NCBI GenBank assembly: GCA_964016885.1
Contig: OZ024741.1
Span: 208,754,001 to 208,818,000 of the forward strand
Direction of reading: 5' to 3'
Length of the DNA stretch: 64,000 nucleotides
Source: Eledone cirrhosa
Taxonomy: Eukaryota
The translations under genes were made by a program, and so were the position numbers. Shown here one piece after another: positions 51,050 through 64,000 of this stretch; the first letter of the stretch is position 1; every line of letters starts with the position of its first letter. The notes below the pieces were generated by a model that was given only the letters and a program-made list of their open reading frames with translations, ran no database searches and was not told where the DNA came from.

Positions 51050-54000
51050 GTATTTCTAGGGCCTCAGCGGCGCAGAGGTCACATGGTCTTTTATTTCCCT
51101 TATACGATTTAACCCTAGCTAGGATCTCCCAGTGGAACTTAAATTAGGTGTGGTTGTCTTTTAGACTCCAGATATAAGCAGAAAGTGACGTCATATTCCT
51201 TCTTAGAGGGTAACGAAAAGAATGGGTATGCATGTAAAGACGCTGCTTGAATCTATTGGCGGTTAACCCTATGTAGGCCCTACGGGACGTGGGTGTTTCA
51301 ACCTTACATTTGTAGACAATGTTACTAGAGAGGCATTTCCCGGATAGGGGGCAATCAACCCGATTCCTACAATTACAGTTAGTACTAACTACAGGGTTGC
51401 ACGTGTTCCTACGGCTAGGTAGTTTAGCTAAATTTGAAGCTGTGATTTTTATGTGCAAGGTTAGGAGTCGTAGAGTAAGACATTTTAATAGTATTTCTAT
51501 TAAAGATTTTACTATATTTATGTGTAGGGGGAAAATGCTTCGTAATAAGGGAAAGAAAGATCTTAGCTAATGGTGTGGCCACCTCCATATTATATGGGGG
51601 ATTATACCAACAAATGCGACGGGATCTATTTCTTCTAGGTCTATTTTCGTACTCTGTATATGCTACCTTATCGACAAATCCACTTCGAGCAAGAGCTTCA
51701 TAGTAATAAGTGGAATGGTCGTTGAAAATATGCTCGTTAGTAGATAGACGGGAAAGCCTCAACGAAACGTTTTTTACCAGGTTATTGGTTATGCTGGCAG
51801 GATGGTTGGAATGCTTACTTATGTAATTAAGCGTATCATTCGGCTTTCTATACGGGTAATACAACCCATTCGATGAATTGAGGGTAACGTCGAGGTAATT
51901 AACGACCGAGAGATTGGCCTCAACCTGTATAGAGAGGGTGAAGCCTTTAAAGAAGGCTGTGAGTTCTTTTCTGAACCTGTCGCAAGCGCTAGGTCCGCAC
52001 TTAGTCATGGTCAAAAGACCATCATCACGGTACAAACCACCGCCCGCGTTGGGGAATTCGTCCTTGATAGAGAAAAGAAGGAAAAGGCCGATAAGATCAG
52101 TAACCTCCTCAGAATCGCTGGCACCAATACTCACGTCGAATAGGGTACTATTGGATTTTTTAATCCAAATAGAGTCGTCGAAATTAATCACCGACTTACG
52201 GGCATTGAGGATGACATCAACTTCGAAATCCTTAACCACTGTGAGTGTTTTAGCGAAATTGACTCTAAGGAGAAGTGGTAAAGTGATGGAGGAGTAGTAA
52301 TTGTTGATGTCGAATTGGATAAAACGGCAATGTTCCTTGTTGCATATGCCGTTGAACCAATCAATCACCGCGAAAGAATTGTTCCACAGTGCAAGAGGGG
52401 CCAAACTTCTAATTTCAGGTATAATTCTATCAAGAATCCTTTTACTAAGTCTACCTAAATCGGACTTCGTAGGGTTAATAAGCCGAATAGAGGGGTTGTT
52501 CGGAAAATTGGATTTGTGATCCTTCAGGGTAAAGTGGGGAGAAATAGGGTCCAGAGGTCCGGTCCGGTCCAGGATGTTGAGATCAGAGGTGATTTTAAAC
52601 CCAGTATCGTTGATTTCATTGATGACGCACCGATTAGTAATCCTTAGTTACAGCATTATGTAGTAGTTGATGGTACGTACTGCGCTCCACTTGATATAGG
52701 TTGCCAGTTTTGTCGGAATGGACGTGCACGGCATTAGAATCCTCAATAGAACGAATTGTATTCTTCAGGTCCTGCTGGAAGGAATTGCTCCTATTCCAAA
52801 ATTTGATACTCCGTATGAGTTCCAAGACATCATTTTCGAAGGGTAGCAATGCTGGGTTACACGGGGGGTTATTATAGGTTTTAAACCCAAATTTATCCTG
52901 TTTGTTGTCAGCTTTTCGCGGATTATCGAAATAATAATATTTGCACGCCAACGCAACCTTTTAATGAACGCGTCTGTTTTACGGAAAACAGACGCGTTCA
53001 TTAAAAGGTTGCGTTGGCGTGCCTTTTATTTCGATAATCCGCGAAAAGGAGACAACAAACAGGATAAATTTGGGTTTAAAACCTATAATAACCCCCCGTG
53101 TAACCCAGCATTGCTACCCTTCGAAAATGATGTCTTGGAACTCATACGGAGTATCAAATTTCGGAATAGGAGCAATTCCTTCCAGCAGGCCCTGGAAATA
53201 CTCTACGCCACAGACCACATCTTAAACAAAATATCTGAGGCAATTTCGGCTTGTAAACATAAATTGCACAAAACTTTCCTGTATTACAGCCCTACATTAT
53301 ACCCTAGCCGATAGTACGATCTATACGCGCATATTTTACGTCTTGATGTGGTAGCTAAGCATATGTCTTGTTTATACCATTACTTATTTGCATAGGTAAG
53401 TATATATTACCTGTATGTTTTGTGAAGGTACGTATACTTTCTCATACGTATATTTGATTGATTATGTTATGGCGTATAAATTTTCTATATATTCTGGTAC
53501 ATATGGTTTGATTATGTGTATACGGGAGTTTTGCGTCTGCGTGAGTATGCAGGTTCGTACGTATGTAGGGTGTGTGTATATGTGTACTTCATGTTTTGGT
53601 TGACTTACGTCTCCGAACATTTGTGTATTTACATGTAGGTATGTGTGTGCGCTTGTTATATACGTATTTATTTATTTATATACGTTTATTTAATTATTTA
53701 TTTATTTGTATACACGCACACACACACACACACATATTTATATGTGCGTGGTTTTGTATACCTATGGCAAATGTTTTGCGTATGCTTGTGTATGTACGTA
53801 TTTGCATGCGTGTATGCATTTATTTAATTTCTATTACCTCTGTATTGTATTTATTTACTTTATTCTTAACTCTGAAGCGGAGATTTATTCGGTTTCCTAG
53901 TTAGAATTTTAGTCTACGACTTCAGCTATACCATTTACGTGGTTTGGTCTTTGCTTGCAATTGTTCTCCACGGTCCACATATGACGTATTATCTTCGTTT

Positions 54001-54415
54001 ATTCCGTTCATTGCCAGAGAACGTCTCTATGAACCACCTAAGAGAACATTAGTCTACGACTTCTTTTATACCATAAACGTGGTTCTGTCTTTGCGCGTAA
54101 TTGTTTTTCACCGTTCCTATTAATGACGTATTATATTCGTTTTTTCCCGTTCTTTGCCAGCGAACGTTTCCACGAACCAAAGTATCGTCTTCCTCTCTTC
54201 CTCCGGTTGCAACGTTTTTTGAAATATCCACTTCTGCGTTTACAGATTGACTTTGTTAGTTTCAGAAGATCCCGTTAAGGGTGAAAGCAGCGATTCTTTG
54301 CTTAAACTTTAATCTGTTATTTTAATAAATATTTACTCTACAGTTCTTATATATTCGATATATATTTATCCTTATCGACCCCTCTTGGGATTTTAGTCTT
54401 CAAATTTATTATTAT

Positions 54416-54418
<3 letters not shown>
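51050..54418. mobile_element. PLE-4 (YRDD-type RT; clade uncertain): minus-strand body, fold-back at ~52982, then plus-strand 3' end/pLTR
   Basis: SDKTGNLY, FIQFDINNYYSSI, GLYRDDGL, SNHP, WYNPPY, CNCR..CPLSGKC, IVYKC...AYIGLT; 53190-53310 reads ILNKISE..SACKH. Confidence 0.85.
53909..54180. repeat. Two diverged ~135-bp tandem repeats in the PLE-4 UTR
   Basis: TTAGTCTACGACTTC...ATGACGTATTAT...GAACC occurs twice. Confidence 0.7.
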
Positions 54419-54501
<83 letters not shown>

Positions 54502-54817
54502 TATGTGTGTGTGTGTGTGTGCGTGTGTGTGTGTATGTGTGTGTGTTTGTGTGTGTGTGTATGCACGTATGTATGTATATATATGTGTATGTGATTGTAT
54601 GTGAATATGTTTCTGTGTGTGTGTGTCTGCACGTGTTTGTGCAAAGATGTATGTGTGTGTATGTAGTGTATATGATATATTTATGTTGCATATTTACTCA
54701 GAAAATAACATATTAAGCAATTTATGTTAATAATGCAAGCCATATGCATCATATTTGCTCTAAAGAGAAAACCAACATAATTCCCAGAGACAGAAATATT
54801 ATTATGAGACGAAGATT

Positions 54818-54909
54818 GTTAACTTTGCCTTTGATCCTTACGGGGTCGATAAAATAAAGTACCAGTAATGCACTGGATAATTGCTGGCCTTGTGTCTAAA
54901 GCAGAAACA
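54818..54909 (+). mobile_element. 5'-truncated SINE with an 18-bp TSD
   Basis: TSD ATTATTATGAGACGAAGA at 54798-54815 and 54910-54927. Confidence 0.88.
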
Positions 54910-55844
54910 ATTATTATGAGACGAAGAACAAAGATAACAAATCGCTTATCTCGCGTCCCAAAGAATAGGAGCGTCGGCTGGAATAAGCGAGGTTGTGAGG
55001 AAAATCCATAATTTTTCTAAGTAGTTAACCTTCATTTTTATAAAAACATGAATTAGTCGTTCAGTTTACATATTGAGACTCCAACTCATCCTATTTATTT
55101 CATAACATATAAGATTTCTTATAATGTTCTTTTCTTTTTTATTTTTTTTATATCTAGAGAAAATTAATTGTCGTAGGAATGCTATCACTTAAAATAAAAT
55201 TACACTGGAGATAGATTAGCAAAATGTTATAAGCAGTGCGGTGGAATATGAGAGGGGGTGGTGGAAAAAATCTGAAAAGTTAATAAGTGGGGGGGGGGGA
55301 CTATTCAACGCTCAAGAGTAAGTAAACGATTAAAAGACAGCAAAAATTCTGCTTAAACCAGGAGTAGGCAACATATTCCATTGGCGGGCCACTTTTGAAC
55401 ATTAGAACAACTATTAGGGCTGTCAAAAATATGTAATCTAATGAAAACCAGTGAATTGAGTCATAAATACATTGTGAATATATTTTTAAACAATAAAGAG
55501 AAATAACATGGAACTGGCAAATTATAACAAACATAACCCTATCAGTGAAGCACTGTAGTATAGGTCAACTAACTGAAAATTGCATTACGGTTACGAAAAA
55601 CATTATAAATAAGCCTACAAGGTAAAAATTAAAGACGGTCATCGCCGGCCACTCTGGCTGATCTGGCGGGCCAGATTGTGGCCCGCGGCCCACCTGACTT
55701 AAACAGTGCACTTTTAGATATTGAAGATACACTCAACTATAGAAATTAACTGCAAACTTTCTATAAATTTACAAAATAATCAACTTCATTGTATTCGATA
55801 AGAATCCAGCTTCTATAATCTTCAGCGGAAGCAGTGGACTGCGT

Positions 55845-55886
55845 GGTTGTGATGAACGCCAACTAGCGTGAAACAGACTGTCAACC
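55845..55886 (+). ncRNA. Type I hammerhead variant (C3 position is G) in a solo pLTR ending ~56012
   Basis: GGTT-GTGATGA-ACGC-CAACTA-GCGT-GAAA-CAG-A-CTG-TC-AACC. Confidence 0.7.
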
Positions 55887-56021
55887 TCTCCACCTCTTTC
55901 GCCGAAAATAAGTAAGTGACATAGTCACTACTTTAAAACATATAGTGTATGGTCTTCTAAATCTTTTTAATTAAACATACGATATATTGCCAAATACACT
56001 ACACATGCATTCATATATATA

Positions 56022-56218
56022 TATAGGAAAAAGTATGACACCGACGGCAGAGCTCAAGCCGTTTCGACGGGTATTTCTGGACCAGAAATAGCCGTCGAAA
56101 CGGCTTGAGCTCTGCCGTCGGGGTCATACTTTTTCCTATTTCCCACTCTACTACACTGAGTATTGAGTACCCTGGTGCGTTATGGTCCATCTGGTTCCTT
56201 ACCACAATTCCTTTGTTA
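56022..56218. repeat. Hairpin-plus-tail short repeat, copy 3
   Basis: Near-perfect palindrome 56022-56139 plus tail; between TA tracts. Confidence 0.8.
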
Positions 56219-56239
56219 TATATATATATATATATATAT

Positions 56240-58600
56240 GAGAGTATTGAAGTTTGCTTGAAGCATTGTGGAAATTTCTTTAAGTCGTTTGGAAGCCTCG
56301 ACAATGCAGATGGGTAAATCTCCGGGTAACAAGATCCGGTGGTGGAGAGAGAGATGTAAGTGGGTGTACGTTGAGATGCGTGGTGTGTATAAGACTGTAA
56401 CGTGTAGAGGAATGAAGCAAAGAGCGTAAAGGATAAAAATAAAAATAACAACACGAGAAAGAGTTCCCTTTGGAGAGATTTAATTGTCCCTATATATTTC
56501 GGATTCACATCCATCAACTGGGGTTTTGTCCGGGGGGGAGGTTGTCTGTCGGAAAGGTGCGAAACGTGTCCTCCGCTGTTCGTTGTTTTGAATATCTGAG
56601 GTATTCAGCGGAGCGCGCGTGGGCGTGAAATGGGGTCGGTCAGGCAGAGTTCAGCGGCCGAAGTAGTTCTTTCAATTGTGGGAGTGGGGTGGCGCTAGCT
56701 GTCACTCTGCCTGTTTGGTGAATGTTACTGTGTGTGTGGGCGTGTGTTGTTGTCTCGCTTGAGTGTGTGTGTGTGTGTGCGTGTGTTGTTGCCTTGTTCC
56801 TCTTTATTGGCAGTGTAGTATGTTCGTATGGTGGAATGCTACTGTGTGTGCGTGTATGTGTGCGTGTGTTGCTGTCTCGCTTGTGTGTGTGTGTGCGTGT
56901 GTTGCTGCATCGTTTGTTAACTTAAACCAACAACCTCATTTCGCTTCTCACGGATCGGTTGTTTAATTGTGGCCCTAGGCGTTTGATCCAAAGTGCTTCC
57001 ATGATACGTAACGTGCCGACGTTTCTTTCTGTCGCTAGAATTGTGACAATGGGCCTTCCGTCTTTGTTTCCGCATTTGGCTATGTGTTTCCGGAAAGATG
57101 AGACCCTGGTTTTAGTGTGTTCCTTGATCCGAATGTGCAACGGCCGGATTGTGCTGCCTATATAGTATTGGTTGCACTTGTTACATTCTATCTTATACAC
57201 GACGTATGTGCGTAGGCAACAGTTCGCAGGGCGCATCGGGCAGTCTCTGAGGGAGCACGCGTCATTTGATTTCCCGGGTTTCCTGAAGAGGCATCTTCGC
57301 AGGGAGGGGCCCGAGTGGGCCAGGTGGATGTCTAGGCTCTCCCTACGTACAGCTTTGCGGATAGCGTTGGTGGTATTCTCGCCCAGGTGTGGCATTTTAA
57401 GGAAGCACTTGCCTTGGGTGTCTCGCTGTTTCTTGTGTCTGGTATCTCCTACTCTGTCTGTGAGCGAGGTAGGGTACCCGTTCGTCTCCAGCACCTCGAG
57501 GAATCGCTTGGTATGAGTGACACCACTCGCGGGATCGCTGCATCTGTTTTTGATTCGCGCGATCTCGTTCGTGATGTATCCTCTTTTGGCACTGTTAGGG
57601 AGGGCGAACAGGTCCCTGCAGGCTGCCTTTCGGTAGAAGTTTCAGTGGATCCCTCCCTGTTCCGTGATGTTGATTCGGAAGTCGAGGAGGGCAAGTGACC
57701 CGTCGTCGTTGGGGTGTTCAACACTGAAGTCAATGTTCTCGTCCGTGTTGTTGAACGTCTCATAGATTCTGTTCGCCGTGTCTTGGGAAAATGTGAGGAT
57801 GAGGATATCGTCCACGTAACTTGAGAAAAAGGCGACGGCGTTGGGGTGGCAGGCGTTGAGTGCCTTGCGCTCGAGGCTGTCCATGTAAGAGATCGCTAGC
57901 ACACCCGACAGGCTTGATCCCATGGGCAGTCCCGAGGTTTGTTGGTATGTTTGGTCAAGGAATCCGAAGTAGGTGTTGTCGACGACGATGGATAGGAGTT
58001 GGTGGATTTCAGTGGTGATGAGCCCGAAGCAGTGTAGGTCGGTGGATTGGACGCGTTCCATCAGTATATTGACGGCCGGAAGTGCCGGGACCGAGGTCTA
58101 GAGAGCGACTACATCAAGGCTGAAGGCATATCTGTTATTCTTTCTTACGGGGAGAGTTTGGACTATCTATTGAAAAGATATACCTGCAGTGGGGTGAGTG
58201 GACCAGCCATACTGGAGTATGTACTGAGGTTGAGGTATAGTGTCTTATTGGTGTAAGGCATTTGACCAAATATCAGTGGAATCCGGGTCAACCTGTCCCG
58301 GCTCAGGCGATGTTCTTGCCTAGGGTGTATCTCATACTTCTCTTGTGTACTATCTCATATGCATACACGTTCCTTCTGTTTTTTTTAGTATATAGTCTGC
58401 ACGCATTTTCTATGTACGGTCTGCGCATACTATGTACTGTAATACCATGAACACCCATTATGTGGCCTTGCGTAAGGATTCCATACGTGGATTGATCCAT
58501 GTTCGCAACGTAACGACACTCTGTAGACACATACAACTAGGTGCACTCTTTCATGTATAGCCCACTGTGTATCTCTATGTGCTGTTATATGTAATTTTTT
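56240..58600 (-). mobile_element. PLE-5: degenerate Poseidon/Penelope-like element
   Basis: SLDVVAL, YQQTSGLPMGSSLSGVLA, YVDD, LLDFRI, NGYP, VVYKIECNKCNQYYIGSTIRPLHIRIKEH, IMEALWI..PQLN; degenerate hammerhead-like motif 56488-56523. Confidence 0.85.
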
Positions 58601-58651
58601 AATATTTTTAATATATTTTATATTTTATATTTTATATTTTTTTATATATAC

Positions 58652-58726
<75 letters not shown>

Positions 58727-59075
58727 CAGTGAGAATTTGGCTATCGTGTTGAGCTCTGCTGATGATCGTATTCCAACCGTGACCATCTCCACTGAAAGTT
58801 TTCGTGAAATAGACTTTTTCAAGAGCATTTGTAGTTGACCCAAATTGAAGGATGAGTATTTTAAACTTTATTTTATCATGAGTTAAGGCTCTATTGATTT
58901 TTCCCTGGATTTCACTAAATTCTGTTGGATAAATCTATATCCTGATTCTTTTTGAATTGAGTTTGAATTATTTTTTCCACATCTTACGTTAACTATTTTC
59001 CCATTTTGACGCTATAGTCACTTATATATTATGGAATACTGTTGGCTTCTTGCTACAATATTTTCTATACCTTTC

Positions 59076-59124
<49 letters not shown>

Positions 59125-60502
59125 TATGTACAATTCAATACATTAACAGAAAGCCTTAAGCTTTACTCTGACTGGCTACCATCTCACTCAACAAACATTA
59201 GGATATACCTTAGTATAATCCCAATTATATGTTTGGGGTGCTAACTATATGTATTTTGTGGAAAGCCAGTTGTATTATTTTATATGAGATATAATTAAAA
59301 TTAAAATATATATCTCTCTTTCCAAACAATTGTTTCATCATAAGTTTTTTACAAGTTGGGAGAATGTATCCGGGTTATGTAAAAGCCAACATATTTTTCT
59401 GTAAGAACACATGCAGGTGGGCACTTATAAATCATCAGTGGATGCCCGTCAAACATTGATATAAGAAAAAATTCCTTACCGATGTCATTTTTTGTGTCAG
59501 CTAATCATCCCTCCACGCATCATAATGACCGCCAAATTTGAAATTCCAGCAGTCTCAGAATGAGGAATTTCACAGCGTCACGAAGCGGAAAAGGGAGGCA
59601 ATCGCGAAACACAAGAAAGTAAAATAATATACACGTGGGTTAATTAAATGTTTTCAATAATTTTAACCCTGCGTGTTAAGAACTCAATTAAATTTTTTAA
59701 AAATAAATGTATGCATGTATTAATTATACACGCATATAGATACTTTTTTAGGCTAAAAACAGAGATATGATACCAAAATAACAATCAATATTTCATAACA
59801 TTAGTAAATACGGAAACTTGCGCTTAAAAGGTATCTGGAAAAATTTATCTCTGGCCAAATCAAGAGTAAAATATTCAATACATTAACAGAGAAAGCCTTA
59901 AGCTTTACATATAAGTATGTATGTATTTTTTATATGTGTACATGTTTATAACAAGACGCATCCTTTCATGTACGACCCATTGTGTATCTTTATATGACTT
60001 TGTGTGTATATTCTGTTTATGTGTATATATATATATAATATTATTATTTTTTTATGCATGCGTGGGCGTGTATGTGAATATGCGCATATTTGTAAGAGTG
60101 TATATGGGCCAGTGTGTGTGTGTGTATGTACAAGCACCCCTGTAGGGAAAGGGCTTGTTTGTGTGTATATATATATACGTGTTTGCGAGCGAGTGTGTAT
60201 CTGTGCGTGTATATATGGGTACGTGTGTGTATGTGTGTGCGTGGGTGGAGGGGGGGGGGTCTACGTACATGTCTGTACGTGTTTGTGTGTACGTGTATAC
60301 ATACGCGTATGCGTGTATATGTGCATGTGTGTGTGCGTGTTGATGTATATTGGCCTGTTGGCATGTGTCTATGTATGTACGTGCCTTTCTGAATGAATGT
60401 ATGCGTATGTTTATATGTTTATATGTTCTCCTTATTGTGTGGGTATAGCGGGAGTCTATGCGTACGAATGTCGGTATCTATGTGGTTGAGTGTGTATCTG
60501 TC

Positions 60503-60653
<151 letters not shown>

Positions 60654-60957
60654 ACCACCAAACACAGCAGTAATTTTTTTTTAACTGTAGCAGACATGGG
60701 ACAGTGGAATGATACCTGTGGTCAGAATTTATGATGACGCAGTCAACCAGCAGCCAATCACTGGACGTGCGAAGAGGATGAAGTTTTTGACAGTACTGGC
60801 CCATAGGGTCAGATAATCCAGTGAGAGAATATGCTCCGAAATCATTAGACGTGTCCGTCGAACCTGCGGGTCCAGAATCAGACAGATCTAGACAATGATC
60901 GCGTCTCGCGCTGTCCGCCGGCGAAACAATTGTAGCACACAATAAATTGAGTTCAGA

Positions 60958-61025
<68 letters not shown>

Positions 61026-61029
61026 GGTT

Positions 61030-61840
61030 TAGGTGGCGTATGACTTCATCATCTATGTTGATACCAACGCCAACTAGACGTCGCAAGTGACATCATTCTA
61101 ATAGCCCATGCACCACATGAATTGGAGGAGATGTTCAATGTTATCCACAGTGTGAGCCAGCCAGTAGGCTTTAACATCCATCTTGAGAAAACCAAAGACA
61201 TGTTTAACAGCCACGCTAAGCCATCACCAGTTATTGTGGATAGAAAGACAATCGAGTAAGTAAACAGTGATGTGTACCTCGGAAAGAAGGTTGCAAGAGA
61301 TGCGGCTCTACTTCCGGAGGTCAAAAGAAGGGAGCTTTTGGCTGGGAAGCTTTTGGAAATGTATATAACATCATTAGAAGTCCCAAGTCAACATTCGAAA
61401 CGAACAGAAAGCTGTTTAACAAATATGTTCTGCTGGTGATGACATATGGAAGTGTGACGTGGGCACTCGACATCACCACTGCACCACTGCAGTGTCTCTT
61501 GTAGTGGCTCAACATGGGGCGAATCGTGTTTGGCATCGATTCGGCAACACGGATTCGACAACAGACTTGCATGAATGATATAATGAAGTCCATCAAGAAT
61601 GGCAAATATAGTTGGGCTGGCCACATCTCTCCTTTCAGAGACAACAAGTGGAATATTATAGTGACAGAGTGAACACAATGGCAGTGGAGAAGAACCAGAG
61701 GTCAGCCAAAGGTCAAATGGCACGATGATCTGATTCAATACCTCTGTCCCACATGGCCCAATATGGCAAGAGATAGGAATCGGTGCGGTCAACCAGGGAA
61801 GGGTTCCTTCAACGGGAGTGAGAAGGCTCTGGGTTTTGGA
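61030..61840 (+). pseudogene. Degenerate RTE-clade LINE 3' fragment
   Basis: Manual reading: DIILI, GFNIHLEKTK, VYLG, GWEAF, VMTYGSVTW, WAGHI. Confidence 0.65.
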
Positions 61841-61924
61841 TTTTGGATTTGGGATATATATATATATATACATATACATACGCACATACATATATACATA
61901 CATATATACATACATAATAAAAAA

Positions 61925-63055
61925 ACTCACACCCAGGGATGTCGCTCAGCAGTATCGCACTGAATCCATGGATGAAAAACTGCATGCTTATCAGCAAAAT
62001 ATCATGCATGGATATATTGCCAGGAAGCTCCAGAGTGAGAGTAGTAATATAGATAAGGAAAGTAGTCTATCTTGGACCAACAACCGCTATATTAGCTCCC
62101 ACTTTGAAGGATACGCTTTTGCAATCCAGGAACAGGAAATCAACACGAAATACCTGATTCACAAAAGAGATAGGGATGCAGGCAAAACACCTAGATATGA
62201 TAACAAGTGCAGACTCTGGCGAATTTATCGAAGATGTCACCCATGTCATCAGCAGCTGTCCAAAGATGTCATCGCTGTCCTATCTACCTATGAGGCATGA
62301 TGTAGTGGCCAAAACACTGTACAATGCAATCCGTAGAAAAGATAGCCCCTATAATAAACACGTTAAAAGCTACATACAAACATATGAAAGGAAGACATAC
62401 ATATACATAATATGAAAGGAAGACATCCATATACATAATATGAAAGAGTACTGGTGGAATGTTCCAGTAAAAACCCCAATAAAATGCAGGCATAACAGAC
62501 CAGATATTATGATATGGGACAGGGAGAAGAAAACATGCACAGTAGTGGAAATTAGCTGCCCAGCAGATGCCAATATAATATCAAAGATTAGCGAAAAGGA
62601 GAATATTTATGCAGAACTGATGAGAAATTTATGGATACTCCACCATGATTACACCTTCAGATTTATGCCTGTGATTATTGGGGCACTGGGATATGTTAGT
62701 AACTGCCTCAATACAAATCTTGAGAAGCTAGGCTTCACAGGAACAGAAAGAACACAACTAGTTAGGAAATTACAAGTACAATCCATTAAAGGAACAGTAA
62801 AAATATGTAAAACATTCCAAACATTTTGCAGCTAAAAACTGCATATACACATGTACAGATACAAAGCATATACACATGCACACATACAACTCAAAACATA
62901 CATACAATAACATCCATATCTACACATGCATGCATGCATACATAATCTACCTTGTTGATATTGTGTAAATTCCAATGAGAGAGTCTTGTGTCTATATTAG
63001 AAACCGACTCTCTCTCTATTGGTAAAAATTTGTGAAATTATAAAACCAGAAGAAC
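61925..63055 (+). mobile_element. R4-like RLE LINE family C, 3' fragment
   Basis: MHGY, EGYAFAIQEQEI.T, CRL..EDVTHVISSC, RHD, HNRPDIMIWD..VEISCP, PVIIGALG. Confidence 0.85.
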
Positions 63056-63084
63056 ATACATATATACATACATACATACACCAA

Positions 63085-64000
63085 TTTGATCCTTAGAGGT
63101 GAGAAGGAGCAAGATAAGACTGATAAGATACATTACCAGAAGGGCATCTTTCAGGGTGATAGCTTGTCAGTGCTACTCTTCGTTCTCTCACTGAATCCAC
63201 TATCTTACCTACTCAGGAAACAAGGTGGACAAAGAAGTGGGCCCAGAAGTATCTCCCATCTTTTCTTTGTTGATGACCTGAAGTTGTATGGGCCAAATAT
63301 CAATGACATCAAGAAACAATTGGACCTCATTACACAATTTTCAACCGACATCAAAATGAAATTTGGTGCGTCCAAGTGTGCATATTTAGCAGTAAAACGT
63401 GGAAGAGCTGTGCCCTCCTCTAGAAATCTAGAGATCAACGGCCTGACAATACAACCTCTGCAGTCAGGTGACAACTACAGATATCTTGGACAGGATGAGA
63501 ATGTCAGATATGATGGACCCATAAATAAGGAGAGAACCAGAACTGAATACCTCAGAAGAGTAAAGAAAATATGGTCATCAGAACTGTCGGCGTACAACAA
63601 ATACATTGCCCACAATACTTATGCTGTGCCAATTCTAACGCCAACATTTGCCCTGCTGAACTGGTCATTGCAAGAACTAAGTGAGATGGATGTTAGAACT
63701 CGAAAACTTCTCAGTGTTACTGGGAACTTTAACATCAATGGTGATGTGGATAGGCTATACTTCTCACGCAAGGAAGGTGGCCGGGGTCTAAAATCAATAT
63801 TAACAACATATGAGACCCGGATAGTAACACTGAAGCAACACTTTCAACAGAGGAAAAAGGTTGGCAACCATCTTGCCCAGGTTTATGAGCATGAAAAAAA
63901 AATATCATTAGAATAGCGACTGATCTGGAGGAGAGATATGGAATAAAGCCTGATATAAATCTCTCACCCAGAGAAATCGGAAGATCCTATTCAATGTTCA
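63085..64000 (+). mobile_element. R4-like RLE LINE RT fragment (5'-truncated, runs off the window)
   Basis: [42 protein letters not shown]. Confidence 0.88.

Noticed and set aside
55380-55710. GGCCCGCGG-rich motifs resembling hAT MITE subterminal repeats
   Set aside because: No clear TIR pair or 8-bp TSD identified
58720-59050. Possible YRDD-type PLE RT fragment on the minus strand
   Set aside because: Similarity limited to a few residues

Overview
AT-rich, microsatellite-dense eukaryotic DNA with no recognisable host gene. The repeat landscape resembles a cephalopod (octopus-like) genome, which is inference only. The window is almost entirely retroelements. (1) At least five Penelope-like elements (PLEs, RT plus C-terminal GIY-YIG) of different lineages, several with inverted pseudo-LTRs, plus many solo pLTR remnants in (TA)n. 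About a dozen minimal type I hammerhead ribozyme motifs can be read directly. (2) A ~23 kb nested, tandem pile-up in (TAA)n of R4/Dong-type RLE LINEs, including one intact 1130-aa ORF, with an antiparallel full-length Tx1/L1-clade LINE. (3) RTE and CR1-like relics. (4) A tRNA-derived SINE family whose TSDs all start with ATTATT. The most notable observation is the PLE at 1370-6240. It has a 449-aa ORF1 joined to RT by an in-phase U UUU UUA -1 slippery site, and its 5' end lies a few nt downstream of the hammerhead cleavage site. Most short ORFs in the track are microsatellite translations or antisense shadows.
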